Assembly (NCBI RefSeq): GCF_009914755.1
Contig: NC_060925.1
Length of the DNA: 64,000 nt
Origin: the human T2T-CHM13v2.0 reference genome, Homo sapiens
Strand: one strand, 5' to 3'
The position numbers and the translations under genes are program-made. The notes beneath the pieces were generated by a model. That model had not been told where the DNA came from. It searched no databases and saw only the letters and a program-made list of their open reading frames with translations. How positions within the stretch are numbered: the first letter of the stretch is position 1; every line of letters begins with the position of its first letter. Of the stretch, positions 39,916 to 54,385 are shown piece after piece.

Positions 39916-42161
39916 ATCCTGGGACAATCAGTGTAAAACACTGTGCTTGCCTAGCTCTTTAACTCCCTTCTTGGTTACCCAGCCCTATTTCCACATTTTC
40001 CAAATGGGAAATTGTCCCAGAGCCACTGTGTGACTTACCAAAGATCAAACAATTGGTTAGCACAAGAGAGAGCATTGGAAAGCAAGCTTTCAGATTCCAA
40101 AACCAGGATTTTGCACCTCAAACTTAGTTTAGGGAGGGTGACACAAACCTAGAGGGTATTTATAATAAAATGACTGTCGAAACTGCCTAACCACAGAAAC
40201 ATATCTTTCAAACATGCTTCAAATTATCATTTAGCACATGTCCAAATGATCAGAAAAATTTCTTAGACCTCACGTGGAGACTTCAGGCAGATATTCTAAC
40301 TTTCCATGAAGTATTGAGAAACTCTACAAAACCCCTTCATTCCCTGCTACTATTCCTATGATTGAGCACATCACATCAGGGCTACATCTCTGAGCCTCTT
40401 AATATTAGAAATCCCTTTGCTTTTACCTATATGATAGTATTTAGTTGGGACAGTGGAATTTGAATGTAATCAAGACCAGAAAAAGAAGCAACATGAGCTG
40501 CCTTGGTAAAGAAGTCAAGATTATGGACTTCAAAGTTCCTGAAAGAGATTGTTTCAAGCCAGAAGAGGCCAGGATGAACTACAGAGTAGAAAAAGATTTC
40601 GGAAACAAAGATTATGTCAGTGATGACTACAAAGGTCATGCTTATGATGATTTCTGATCATCATAAATGGGGATGACCTATTTATAGATAACAGGATGCT
40701 AACTTCTGCTGGTAAGAAGAGTTCAATCCCCTTTTGAGTCTGACTTGCTTGACCTAACCCATCTAAGGCACTGCACAGGAACTTTCAATAACTATGATTC
40801 AAGGCTATATATTTTAACTTTGGATCTTCCAACTTTTAGAAAGTCTATTCTTTTACGGTACTGAAACCAGAAGTGATCCACTGGAGAAAAATAGAAAACA
40901 AGGACAGGAGAGCAGAAACTAAATTGATGAAAACTCATAGGGTTGAGTTGAGAAAAGGAAAAGGCCATTTCATTTACTTAATGAGAAATTGTATTGAGGA
41001 GTAGGTTTGGGGATTTGGTTTTTGTTTTCTGTACCATGCAGAGAGCATTTTCCACCCCCAAAAGATTTTAGTCTTTGTGAATTCTAATCATTCCCCAAAG
41101 GACAATTTTCTTTGACTAAATAAGGTTTCTTGGTTGTAATGAACTGTAAAAGAGACTTATAAGCTCTTACTCACTTATGAAACCATCACAGATGAAAAAC
41201 AATTAGAAGAATCTTGCTTCTTTAGCCTGCAGAAAGTGGAGCAAGAATCTCCAACCTTGGGTAGGTTTTAAAGTCCAACTCAGGAATATTGGGCTTCAAG
41301 GCCTCAGGAAGGATTAAGGTCAGACAGGATGGATGCCTCATCAATGTTCTTCCTGCATGTGAGAGATTCCAGCCTAGCCCATGAACCCTTGAGAAAGAAC
41401 TCTGAATCACTAAAGCACCTCTCATTTAAAGAGTATGTGTTCTGTGAGATAATATTAACTTGCCAAATCTGCCTTTCCAAAGGAAGAAACGTGACCCATT
41501 TATAAATGTTGAGTTAGAAACTCCATGCAGAATTAAGTGACCTCTGGAAGTTGTCTACCAGAGTGTGGATTCTACAGATATTTCTTCAAAGACTAAAAAG
41601 GCTTATTTCTCTTCAAAAATCTCAGCTGATTTTCCACAGCTGGCCTCAGAAGCATGCAGGAGGCTCTGGCTCTTTCATCTGGGCAAGGCTGGCAGAGGAA
41701 GGAGGAACCTTCTTCTTTCGTAGGCAGATTATGAGAATAAATTATCGCTCATGCTCCTAAGATATCTATATGGAAATAGGTGGACAAACACCTGATTTAG
41801 AAAGGATTAGAGTATTTATAACAAGTCTTTCTGAGCCTGGGAAACATTAATACAATCTCTAAACAAATGGGAACTATAAAGAAATATTATTAAGCTAAAC
41901 ATGTATTCATATTCAGGGACAGACTTACCTCTTTCTGTTTAGATCATTTCCAAATTAAGAACAATTCCAAGCAAACCCCCACCACCTCACATGGATTCTA
42001 GTAGACAAATAGCTGTGTCTCCACAATACTGGGAATATTGGAGACAGGCAAATGTTGCATGTCCAGTTTGAAGGGTGATTATACGAATTGGGTCACTCTT
42101 GTCATATCCAACTAAATCAGTCAAGAAGCCAGGGTGGGAAAGCACTTGGAGCACATAACAC

Positions 42162-42526
42162 TGTGCAAAGAATTTAATTTTTTGCAAGCCTAGCTGCCGA
42201 AACTGCCGGCTGTAACTCTAAAACCAGTTAGATCCAATAGCTGCTGAAACAGCCTGCCACAACTCTTAAGACTAGATTTTACCTACCACCATCACCCACC
42301 AATCAGAGCTTACCATCTCCTAAAACTCTACCAGTGCCAAGAAACTTTCTTTCAAAACAATAAATAACATTTCCCTTTCTAATAACCCCTTCTACCGTCT
42401 CTTTGCTCTTCAGACACACCAAAGACCACCCAGTCTCTAGGTATGTCTCGAATCACTATTCTGTGATTCTAAAAATACAATGTTAAGTTTAGAGATCCAC
42501 CTTTATATTTTATTTTGACTTCAACA
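42162..42526 (+). mobile_element. Solo LTR, LTR47-like
   Basis: TG...CA bounded, from 'tgtgcaaagaat' to 'ttttattttgacttcaaca'. Internal 'cacccaccaatcagagct' and 'aaactttctttcaaaacaa'. Confidence 0.55.
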
Positions 42527-43739
42527 TAGTGTATTATAGGTTGCCAAAAATCTGTATATTTAGAATGATCTAGATAACAAGGTCTATTTTTCCTTTTTAT
42601 TTTCTTTTTCCAAACTCCCTAAAATGACACTTACTGAAAGTACATGAAAAACTAACTGTAAAGCACCCTACAAATATAGAATGTCATAATTGCTGAGATC
42701 TCATTGCTCTTAAAAATTGATAGAAATCCTTTTAGAAACATTTTGAGTAAGAAATACCTTCTTGACTATAAATCATTAATGCTGTATATTTCTCCCCCAC
42801 CCCTCCACTCTGAATGCTACAGAAGAAGCTTAAAAACAAGAGAAAATAACAATAAATGATATTACAATGTTGTTTTGAAATGAGAATTGGTAGTGTAGGG
42901 CAGGGGAGAAACAGATGGGAAAGAAATGTACCCTGAGAGGATTATTTTTGTTTAAATAAGTTCATAATATGTGAAATGCACGATGGAAACTGACAGGGGA
43001 AGTGGAAGATCATTGTTTGAATAGCATCAATATAAACACAGATGCAAAAGAAATTGGCTTGGGAGATGGAAGAGCCTAGCTTGAATAATGTTGCTATACC
43101 AATAAAAACCATAAAAAGGGGAAAATATACAGAGTGGGTGATTATTTCTGTGATGCCTGAAGATGCACATTTCCACTGATATCAAGGGGAAAGGAAAATA
43201 TGCCTTAGCTATGCCTTCGTTGGCTATTTTTGCTACAGTTCATAATTCTTCTGGGTTTCACCAGATCACGATTTGTCTAGCTACTGGGTTGTATGCTAAG
43301 CAGACCTCTATTTCAGAATGAAAGAGGCTGCATATGGGTCAGTCCTGGGAAATATAAAATATGGAGATGTGAAGCATGAATAAGTCCAACCCAAATCCCA
43401 GCCCTTGTTGACATTCACACTGTTTAATGGGAACCACAGAAATGTTTAGGGCAGACAGAGGACAAGGACAGCCATCCTCACTCCTACTCACTGCCTACCC
43501 ACTCCTACTGTGCTCTAGGGAGCCCCTTCTGTGCCTCTCTTTCTTCACTACCTGCCTATGTTATCCTGGGGAGAGAGAAAGATATTTGTTAGTCATATAG
43601 TAATATTTATCAAGTATATCAGTAGAAAGAGCAACTGCTCCCCACTCAAACTTTTTAGTATTCCACTGGCTTGGCTGAAAATCTTTGGATTGCATTCATA
43701 AAAAGTAACCGTGGATAACAACAATAATAATAATGACAG

Positions 43740-43950
43740 CCAGTTTGTATTAAGGACAATATAACTGGCAGGCATTGTGGAATGTACATTATCTACATCA
43801 TCTCTTGTAATCCTCACAACAGCCTGTGAAGTAGGCCAATTACTCCCATTTTGCCAATAGGAAAAATGAGACTCCAAGAGGTTTAATAAATTAATGAAAG
43901 TGGCACAGCTATTAAGAGGAGCTGGATACAGGTCTCCCAAAGTTTAGGCT
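43740..43950 (-). mobile_element. MIR
   Basis: 'taatcctcacaacagcctgtgaagtagg...cccattttgccaataggaaaaatgagactccaagaggtttaataa'. Confidence 0.75.
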
Positions 43951-45385
43951 GGCTGCCTTGACTCAATATTCATGGTTAATATTACATGCATTACATTACT
44001 TGAGGGATGTGGGCAAAGTTCACCCTAACCCCAATCTCCATTTTAGAGTTTCCTGAAATGTCATCATTAATAATTCAGCATTTTGTATTAAGCATTGCTC
44101 GCTTCTTGCAGGGCTTATCTTGCAAAGGACCAATGTCAAAAAAAAAATACCCATCTACTTTCCTTTGTGACAACTAAGACACAGAAAGCCTTGGAAAATG
44201 GAAAGAGCAGAGGATGTATTAAAGGGTGGCGGTGGGGAGAGAAGAGAAGGCACTAAAACCAACCTCTACCTATTTTGTAATTGTTTTATGGGGGCGAGCT
44301 TTGTGAGGAAGAAGGAAAGTAAAATATGGCAGAAAAGATTTCAATTAGATATAAAGCATTCCAAATATGAGACATTGTCATGGCCAATAGCAGGAAGATG
44401 AGGAGTGTCCTTCCCTGGAGACTTTCGAGGTGAGGGAGGGATCTCTAGAAGAGCATCTTGCACAAGACAGAAGATGGACAAGATGAGCTTCAGGGGAGCT
44501 TCCCATGCTGCTATCCAGTGTGCTGGTGCTGAGCTGATTGGCAATCCTTTCCAAGATTTGCGAAATAGACTCATCCTGTTTCGTCTTATTTCTATTATCC
44601 TGGACAGAGGCAGCAGCTCTTGTCTGTGAGAAGGGTCGTTGTGGAGAAGCAGTTCCCCCGTGATAAGATCCAGGAGGAAGAATAAGCAGGAAAGAAGGGG
44701 TAAGGCTCCTCACTGTTGACAACAAAAAGGGGCAGATGCTTCATAAAAGATGACAAGCAATCGCCTTTACAGGGGGTGATAATATGTCTGGTTGATCTGA
44801 TGTGTGGCTGTTCTGCCACTGTTGTCTGAACAGAAGCAACTCCATTAAGAGACTCAGGATGTGCTCAGCAGTTTTCTTCTTCCAAAATATTATTCTTTTG
44901 AAAAAAATATATTCAAAATATTATTTCTTTTCACTAGTTGCAATTTGTTGTTCAATGAACAATGATGGGATTTTATTTTAAATCCTTTTCCTTTTTTTTT
45001 TGCTCTTTGAGAACGCTTGAGAATGTGCAGCCCTCAGCCCCAAGCATATAGACTTATGTTTTAAGTAAAACCAGAAGAGTTGGAATAAAAAAAAAAATAA
45101 ATCAGAAAAGCACTTTTTCTCTGCTTTAAGAGAAACTTGCTGGAAACAGAAAGTCCCTTTGAGGGGTCAACTCATCCATCCTCTTGAATTTAGGCAAGAA
45201 AAACTGACTCCAAAGCTGGATGAATCCCACTTTGTGCAACCCTCAGGTTCCATGCTTGCCTCTCTGCCTCTGTGTCATTGATTTGGGTTGGTCCTCTTTG
45301 AAATGAACACTGGATGGCTTCAGATATTTCAGCATCAGCAGCCTTGGTTCTGACGTGATAATGGTGTGATAGAGTAACAGTTTGA

Positions 45386-45711
<326 letters not shown>

Positions 45712-48439
45712 ACAATTTTTTTTTACCTCCTTGTGTCCATCCTTGCTCCAGCTGTTGACAAGGGGCCACCTTCAACCCCAGAGCTAGAGAACAAAGATGT
45801 CACATTGTCAGCTTCTGAAATAAAGTGTTTGAGATTTCTGATGTAAGACAGAAAATATAAGAAAAGGAATTACTCTAAGTAGAAACATCTCTGCCCCAAC
45901 TGTTTTCTCCACATGTAAAAGAGAGAGGAAAGAGTCAGAGGGGAATCCAGGAAGCAGAGATGTGGATTCTTCTTTGTGTCTTGCTCCCACTACCCCCAGA
46001 TAATTTGAAAGAAGGGAGTAGAACAAGAATCACTGTTTTTCTGGGGTCAGAGAGAGACCTATGTCTTCAGCATAGAGAGAGAGAGATGCAGAGAGATTCA
46101 GTCTTTAACATTCCTTCCAGGGACCTTGGTGCCTTTGGGCATGTGAACAACAAAGCAGGAAGATTGCAAGGATATGCTGGGGCAGTGAGGACCCCTGAGT
46201 GCCCCCTTCGTCTTTCCAGGGTCTCAGAAAGACTCAGAACCATGTGATCTTCAAGCTTGCAAGAAGGATGAGGAAGGGGTGATGGATGCACAGGAACCTG
46301 AGAGTCCAAACAAGGAAAATGAAGAGTAACCCTATGAGCCTGGATGGTGGAGGCTACAGCAAAACCACAAATACTTCAGAGAATGCAGCTCCTAAAGGAT
46401 TGGGATGACCAAACACCTTGTGGTGGGGCAGTTTGAAAGGGGCTCCCTCAAAGACCAAACATTCATGTTACATCCCAAAGGATCAAGACAGGTGGACCCT
46501 GGGAAATGGGCAGCTCCTGTCCAGATGACACCATGGTGGGGGACCATTGCAAAACCACCTCCTCTCCAGCTAAAACTCTGTGCTGAGGAGGTGGGGAGGG
46601 AACAAACTGAAAGGGAGAATTTTTTCAAATCTATAGTGTAACTGAATCCTAACCCCATTTTCCTGAGAAGATACTACATAGGAGTAAATTTACTCAAAAG
46701 TGACTAGATTAAGTTTCTGCGTCAGGTGGAATGAGGGCTTAGGTTCAGATAATTGGCTTTTAAGAAGATGAAGAAACTTATTTTTGTTCACTTGAACCTG
46801 TATTAGCGAAAATTCATATCCAACAAATAGGTTACATTCCATGGAGATACTTATATTACACATTGTTAAGAAACAATGTACATAAGGATTTCCCAGCAGA
46901 ATCATCTGAGTTCCCATTACTAGTGCTAAGCCCAGCGCTTCTCTGTGCCCAAAAGGAAAGAGTTGTTCAAATAAACTCTTCCACTCTGAGCTAGGATTGC
47001 TATAGGAGATAAAAGTTCCAGGCTCAGTGTGGCTAGCTACAAGGCACCATCTCATTAGGATTCTTTCTTTAATTAATTATGCAAACAGGTTATTGATTAT
47101 TAATTAGAACATTTAGTGATGTTATTAAGAACCCGGAAGATAAATCTTTTTGACTTGTATTTAACTGGTAGATTGTATAAGCAATAAAGAGTACATGAGC
47201 AATAGCTGCATAATTACATTTTATGAATAGCAGAAACCTGTAAGGGATGTGGAGAGATTTAATTGACATTTAACAAGATAACTACAGCAAATTAATTAGG
47301 AATTATCTGCTAAAATATGAATTAACTTCTAATAATATTTTAACCAGCTACTCAGTGATGCTAGTGTCTTCTTATTGTTGCTAAAATACCTAAATAAAAT
47401 ATCCTGCTAGTTAATACGATAGTGCTAATTTGTCTCCCAAATAATCAATCAAGTTTTATTGAGATTTATTGTGTAGCCAGGACATATTAGAGTATAAAAA
47501 GAGGTATGGCATGTGGTTTCCCCTGTCGTGAGACTCACAGTGGGGAGTTCTGGGGAAGAACCCAGCACAAGTGACTGTTAGGAGCAACCTAACTTTAATG
47601 TGTTTGCAAAACCTGACTCACTTTGTCTCTTGAAGCCTCAGTTTTCTCATCTATAGAATGGGAAATGTGTCTCTCTAACTCAAGGTTTGTGGTAAAAATG
47701 CCTCAGTGCCTGCTACATGAGAATTGCTCAATAAATATTGGCTTAGTTCTAACTTACTATATGATCCTGAGAAGAAAACAGAATCAACAAATGCAATCCA
47801 CACACAGACAAAAAGAAGGATTCCTGGATTGTTTCATGAAACAGAGTTTGCACACCTAGACACTGGAATAACCTAATGCCCATAAAAGAGGTAATGGTTA
47901 AATAAGTGGTTATTCATACTACAGAGCCGTCCACATCAGATAACCAGTGTGAGGCTCCTCCAAGTAGGCTAACATGGATAGATGTTCAACAAGTTTACAA
48001 AATGTAAATATATGATGCCATTGATATTTTTAATTGGCACGTACAACATAAATTCTACAGATACTTAATGAGCATATATAAATATATATGAAAATGTAAA
48101 AAAAAAAAAAGCCATACCTGGAAGTATACTCCTCAAGCACTGAGCCATGCTACCTGGGCAAGGGGGAAGGAGGAAGATTGGAGGAACTGATAAAGGGGAC
48201 TTTAGTCTTCTCTATAAGTTTATTTTTAAAGAACATTATATCACTTGTGTAATTAAAATTTAAATTACAAAGAAGAAATGGGATCAGAATGCAGATAAAG
48301 TGGGAGTGGTTTGGAGGGCTATGCGGGGTGGTAGATGCCAGCGGGGAAAGGGGAAAGTAGAGAACACGCACAGAGTCCTCCAGCTTTCATTACACACCTG
48401 CTGAATGCACGTGCAAAGGGGGATGGTGGAACATCACGG

Positions 48440-49040
48440 AGCTGGAGGGCAGGCAGGGGCCTGCTGGCTGAAGCTGGAAAATAGCATAATGGTTGAATAG
48501 ACTGAAAAGGAGCACAATACGGAATCCAGGCTGAGAAGCTTGTACCTGGGGAGCAGGCAGTGGGAAGTATCTGTGGGGTCTGGAGCAAGGGAAGGTTGAG
48601 GCACAAGGAGTATTTTAAAAGATTGATTTGACAAAAGATAGGTGAGAAACAGGGAGCCTCCCGAAGGCTGTTGAAGGCACCTGGACATGCAGCTTGAAAC
48701 ACCTGAGCTGTGGGGATGCAGAGAGAAGAGTAAACCTGAAAGACAGCTGAGAGCAAACCATGGCAGGAACTGATGAAGGGGAGGGGTGTGGTCAAGATCA
48801 GCTCAAACCGTCTAGCCCAGGAGCCCCGAGGAACAGGGAGTGGTACCTCAGAATGTAGCGTTCTAGGCCATAGTTGGACATCTGGGTGGAAATGTCCAGT
48901 TGTTGAGTTGCATGCAGAGGAAGGTCTTCTAGTTTCCTTCTGAGAGGGATTAGCTGAAGCCACGAGAGTGTACAAACTCCCCAGCAATGTGAGTGATGTC
49001 AATGTGGAGAGGGAAAGACAGAGTCAAGAACTGAAGGAGG
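48440..49040 (-). mobile_element. L2 fragment
   Basis: 'ggacatctgggtggaaatgtccag' and a purine-rich degenerate L2 body. Confidence 0.5.
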
Positions 49041-49122
49041 AGAACCCACTTGCTCAGAAGTTCAGCACTGGCATTTGAGTCTCCTCCATCAGATGCTATT
49101 TACTAGGTGCAGGTGCCACTGA

Positions 49123-49440
<318 letters not shown>

Positions 49441-49721
49441 TAAAAGAATTTTATATCTACACCAGGGAGGCCTCTTTCTTTCTTAAGAAATAATTTTTAA
49501 AACTAAGGGAGGCCCACAAAGCTATGTGCATTATATTGTAAGAATGCTTTTCCCTGGCAGTCTGCATTCCACTGCACTTTCCTGTTTGAATAAGCCGAGA
49601 GCTGTGACACAGAAATGACTGCTGTTTGCACTGGCTGGGCTCTCCAGGAAGGCTTCTCTCCTTTCCTTTGGAAGCGGTTACTGACTAAATGATGATTCTT
49701 TGCAGTGGTCATGAGCCTTGC

Positions 49722-49786
49722 AGTGATCCTCTTGCCTCAGCCTCCCAAAGCGCTGGGATTACAGGCATGAGTCACCATGCCTGGCC
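49722..49786 (-). mobile_element. Alu left-arm fragment
   Basis: 'agtgatcctcttgcctcagcctcccaaagcgctgggattacaggcatgagtcaccatgcctggcc'. Confidence 0.85.
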
Positions 49787-50196
49787 CTTTTTTAATCCAT
49801 TTTGACCTCATGCATCCCTTCCAAGAAGAAAAAAGAGGAGAGTTATGCCTATTTTTTCCCCTCTAGGTTTTTTCATTTGTGAAAAAAGTAGAGTAAGTTA
49901 TTTTGCCAAGATTGCTTGGTAACTGATTGAAAGAAATAACAAATACCTGAGGAAAGTAACAGACACTTACTAATTGCCAAGCACTGTGCAAAGAATTGTA
50001 TCTGCATCATCTCATTTATGATTATCCCCTTTATAAAGAGGTCACTGAAGCTTCCTAGGACAAACAGGAGGGAGCAGAGCCAGCACTAAAGCCCAGGTGG
50101 TCTGACAACAGAGTCCCTCCTGCTTAACCACGCACTACATATAATAAGGAGGCAGCTTTCATTCTTTTATAATTTAGATTTTTTTGGTTGACCTTT

Positions 50197-50943
50197 TGTA
50201 CTAGTCTGTGTTCTTCAGAGAAATAGACCAATAGGATATGTATGTGCATGTGTGTAAAATACGTATTATATATATATTATATGTAATATACATTATAATT
50301 CTATATATTATGATATACAGCTAATTGTTATTTTATATATATTATATATTCATATGTATAATATATTATATATTCATATATATTACATATTCATATGTAT
50401 AATATATATTATATATTCATATGTATAATATATATTATATGTTATATATTCATATGTATAATACATATTATATATTGTATATTCATATGTATAGTATATA
50501 TTACATATAAATAAAATAAGAAATTAGCTCATGCAACTATGGAGGCTAAGTCCCAAGATCTGGAGTGGCATGCTGCCCCAGGAGAGCCCATGTTGTAAGT
50601 TCCAATCCAAATGCCAGCAGCCTCAAGACCCAGGAATAGCCAATGTTTTAGTCTGAATCCAACATCAGGAAACAAATGATGTCCCAGCTCAAAGGCAGTC
50701 AGGCAGGCAGGGGGAATTCTCTCTTACTCTAGGCAGGGTCAGCCTTTTTGTTCTATTCAAGCCTTCAACAGATCAGATGGGGCTAGCACACATTAGCAAG
50801 GACAATCTGCTTCCCTCAGTCTACCGATTCAAATGTTAATCTCTTTCAGAAACACCTTTACAGACACACTCATAATAATATGTGACCAGGTGTCTAGGCA
50901 CCCCACAGTCCAGTCAAGTGGACAGATGAAATTAACCATCATA
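50197..50943 (-). mobile_element. MLT2 (ERVL) LTR with an internal AT-rich minisatellite (~50260-50510)
   Basis: Termini 'tgtactagtctgtgttcttcagagaaatagaccaataggata' and 'cagtcaagtggacagatgaaattaaccatcata'. 'tatattcatatgtataata' is repeated inside. Confidence 0.85.
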
Positions 50944-51654
50944 TCCATATTGTTCCCTAGAGCTACTTTGATGGATAGGGGCTATGAATTTGTTTGTTCG
51001 GATTTTTTTTTTTTTGGTCTCTTCTCTCTGAATTCCTCTTCTTAGAAAGAAAAGTCACCATGAGCAGACAGAGAAGAAACTCATGCCACCTTCATTTGGC
51101 GACCAGTTCCCAGAAGTCGTCTGGCAGAGACCATGTGATCTTCTTTCAGGGCTGTGCCAGGGAGACCCCTCTACTGGATGGGAGCCTAGGCTACAGGGTC
51201 AAGAATTGTCCAACTCTGAGAGTCTGTGTACCTTGATAAATTTGCTCTTTCTGTGTCCTTTTCTTCTTATTTTATGTGAAGGAAGCTTCAGAGCTCAGTG
51301 ATGGTGAGGCATTTGTTTTGGCTATTCAACTTCTTCCCCAAACTGGAAGGGTATTTTTTAAGGGTGTAGTAAAGTGCAGTCTAAGAATACAGCCTTTGTC
51401 ATTAGTCAGAACCGAAGCTAAATTTCAGCTCTGCCAACTGCTAGGTATGTGAGTGAGTTCCTTAATCTCTGTAATACTCACAGGATTGTTGCAGATCGAA
51501 GTGTTAATGTATAAGAAGCAAGCACTTATGATGGTGCCTGCCAGGTGGTTAGCATCAAATAAGTCTTCACTGGTACTGTTATAACAGAAGGCAGGCTCAT
51601 TTCACCTGTATCAGTCACTGCCTACAGCCAATAATCAGGCCAAGAGGTCCTTTG

Positions 51655-51672
51655 TTGCCACCTAGTGGCCAT
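51655..51672 (-). promoter_or_regulatory. Predicted CTCF site, reverse orientation
   Basis: The minus strand reads TGGCCACTAGGTGGCAAC. An upstream TGTAG lies 17 bp before CCACTAG. Confidence 0.7.
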
Positions 51673-52699
51673 TAATTGCACTACACCACATAGCTAAACC
51701 TAACTAAATGCAAATACAAATGCAACTTAGGTGTCTAAATGAAAGAAAAGGCAGGGTAAGATTACGTACCAGTGAAACTACCACCTTCACCCTAGGAAGC
51801 TTGATTTTTAGCCTTCTGCTGCTTGGTGACAGGAGCTGCCTCCTCAAGAAAGCACTGATGCATGCACAACGAGATGAAGAACATTTTTTGTTATAAATGG
51901 GAAAGTTTATTTTATTATTTTTTTAGAATCTATTTACAAGATTAGTAAAATGTATGGAAAGGTGGGTAGAGAGATAAGCATGAGTTCGGATTAAATAGAC
52001 CACAGGCCAATGCAGCATGGAAGAAAAGACTTCAGTGACGGATTGTCTGGAGCCCACACAGGGGTTTTCAATAAAATCCAGGCCAAAGTGCCTTGGGCAC
52101 ACTGTGTTGAAGGTTTTAGCAAACTCGAGCAGAGAGCAAGCTTCCAACTCACCTCACTTCCTTCCTCCCTTGCTCCCAAGCTCCACAGAGACATCGTTTA
52201 GGGAGAAAATAGTTAGGTAGTCTCCTTCCATTTCTCCAAATGTCAAAGTGAAGTCCAACAGAAAGCAATTAACAGATGTCTGCCCAGCAGAGAGTGTGGG
52301 AGTACCAGTCAGCAATGAGCACAAGGCATATCTTAGCATATCACAGGGTGGCCCCATTTACTCCCCATTAACCAGCTAAAAATAGCCTCTCTACTTCCTC
52401 AGCTTTCTGTCTTTATTAGAATCAGTCCCAACAGTTTAGCTCTTTCCCCCTGAAAGCTTCCTTAAACAAGTGGCAAGTGAGAGAACTAAATGTGGACTCC
52501 GCTCAGGTGCAAATTTCCCCAGGGAATTTCTAGCCCCTCCCTGCAGGTAACCCACCACCAACTATTCCTAAAATCTTACCCCAGGCCCCACTCAGCCAGC
52601 CCCCATACCAGAGGCAGGATAATAACCAAACTGTCCCTGGAGAGGGACCAGAGTTGGTTGTTGGGGAGAGATTATATGTGGTTAGATAGCAAGATCTTA

Positions 52700-53100
52700 T
52701 TTGTGACATTAAATGAGCAAACCATAAAGCATCTAAAATGATTAATTTCTCACTGGCGCTGTCAGTGAGCTGTCATCAACTGACAGTTATGTCATAAGTG
52801 TCATTTTTAATGTCACAAGTCTATTCCCCATCAATGTCATTAAACAATTATGTTTGGTTTATAAAAAGAAAGGGGGAGGGAGGGGGGATGCGTGGAAAGC
52901 CATATGTAATGCTTAAGCAATTATATACTTTGCTGTTCCTGGATGGCAGTCCCCGCCAACAATTAAATCTTACTTGATTTGTTCATTTAGGAGGCAAATT
53001 ATCAATTATTTGGAGGCGTCAGCCTGGGTAATTTTTTCCTCTCCACTGGCAGCAGCCACGGTGCCCTGCCAGGATTGATATCAACAGGATGGAGACAGAG
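52700..53100. promoter_or_regulatory. Candidate developmental enhancer with a TGACA (MEIS/PBX/TGIF) cluster
   Basis: Eight TGACA/TGTCA pentamers in 52704-52839 plus several TAAT/ATTA cores, in non-repeat sequence. Confidence 0.5.
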
Positions 53101-53849
53101 CTTTGATAATGAGCCCTCTCAGAGCCTGAGACTGCAGCTCTGCTCTCTCTTTTTTTGTGCTAGGACTGTTGTGTTTTCTTTGTCAGTGTTTGGCATATGG
53201 GTGAGACGGCTAATTTTGCGAGCTGTTTAAATGGAGATAGATCTTCTAATAAGTATGCTTCCTCCTCCTTCCTTTTAAACATTTTGGTAAATATAACCTG
53301 TTAGGCAGCTCCTCACTTCTTCTCTTCTACCTTGGTTTTTCTTCATGCTAGTTATGCCGGGGCCACATTGCTCAACTCCCACTCCTGCCCCAGGTATCTG
53401 CTACGCATCTGTTTCAATGGATATGTTCACCAGAACAGCAATACCAATGACCCTTTCTGATTACTCTGTAGCATCAATGGAGAAACAGATGTATGTGGTG
53501 GGGAGGAGTCTAGCCTGGGTGAAGATTTAAGACCAGACTTTGTGAGAATGAAAAAGTGAAAGGCAGGAGGACACTCTTGCATTCTACAAAGGGATCCCTT
53601 TCTGCACTAGGGTTTCTGGGGTCAGGCCTAGAAAGAGTAGGTTTCTTTCTAAAGCGTTAAGGAGCAGGCCAGGGAGGGCCTGAAACATTTATTAAAAAAG
53701 AGACCCTTATATAGAATGCCGTCTGGGCAATTGTCATTTACACCTTGAGTCCTCATATAGATCTGACCCTTTCCTGGTGGATTCCAGAAACCGGTACATA
53801 ACTGTACTTGGTTCAGTTTTATGACTTTGGCTTCTTGTTGGCATCTGGG

Positions 53850-54385
53850 GTGGACATCTGTTGTTTTTGCCTGCCAGCATCTTTGCTCTTCTGTAAAGAA
53901 GACTCCTGATTTTCCTGGCGGAATCATTTCTTGCTTACTCTCAGACCATGTACTTTGGGTGTGGTTGGCCCCACTCCAGGCTTCAGGGGTGAACAACTGG
54001 CTAAGGCATGATCCATAAAGACATCCTATTCCCCTGGCCACAGTAATTAGTTCAGAGAAGGAACATGGCTCAAATTGATCCAATGGGAGCCCACCTGGAA
54101 CTTTTCCTGGTACTAGTGAGATGGAGTTTGAGTCTGGAAATGCTGGGGGCTCTCTTGCCACCACAAGCAAAAGTGTGTCTGAAACTGAAGCTAGTACAGA
54201 GAAGAGCAAAGATGTGTCATTCCAGGTGGCATTGGAACACCAGGTGGCATTGGAGCCTCCAGTGTGCCTGCAGTCAGTGTAATCCTGGGCTTTTTAATGA
54301 GATCAACCAATAAACTTCCTTTTCACTTAAGCTTGGTCAAGATAGGTTTCTACCCCTTGTAATCAGGAAAATCCTGACTAATTCA
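53850..54385 (+). mobile_element. MLT1-family MaLR LTR
   Basis: 3' end 'ccaataaacttccttttcacttaagcttggtcaagataggtttctaccccttgtaatcaggaaaatcctgactaattca'. Confidence 0.7.

Noticed and set aside
48319-49002. 227-aa minus-strand ORF
   Set aside because: It overlaps a degenerate L2 and has no recognisable domain.
53649-54209. 186-aa minus-strand ORF
   Set aside because: It lies mostly within an MLT1 LTR and has no protein-like features.
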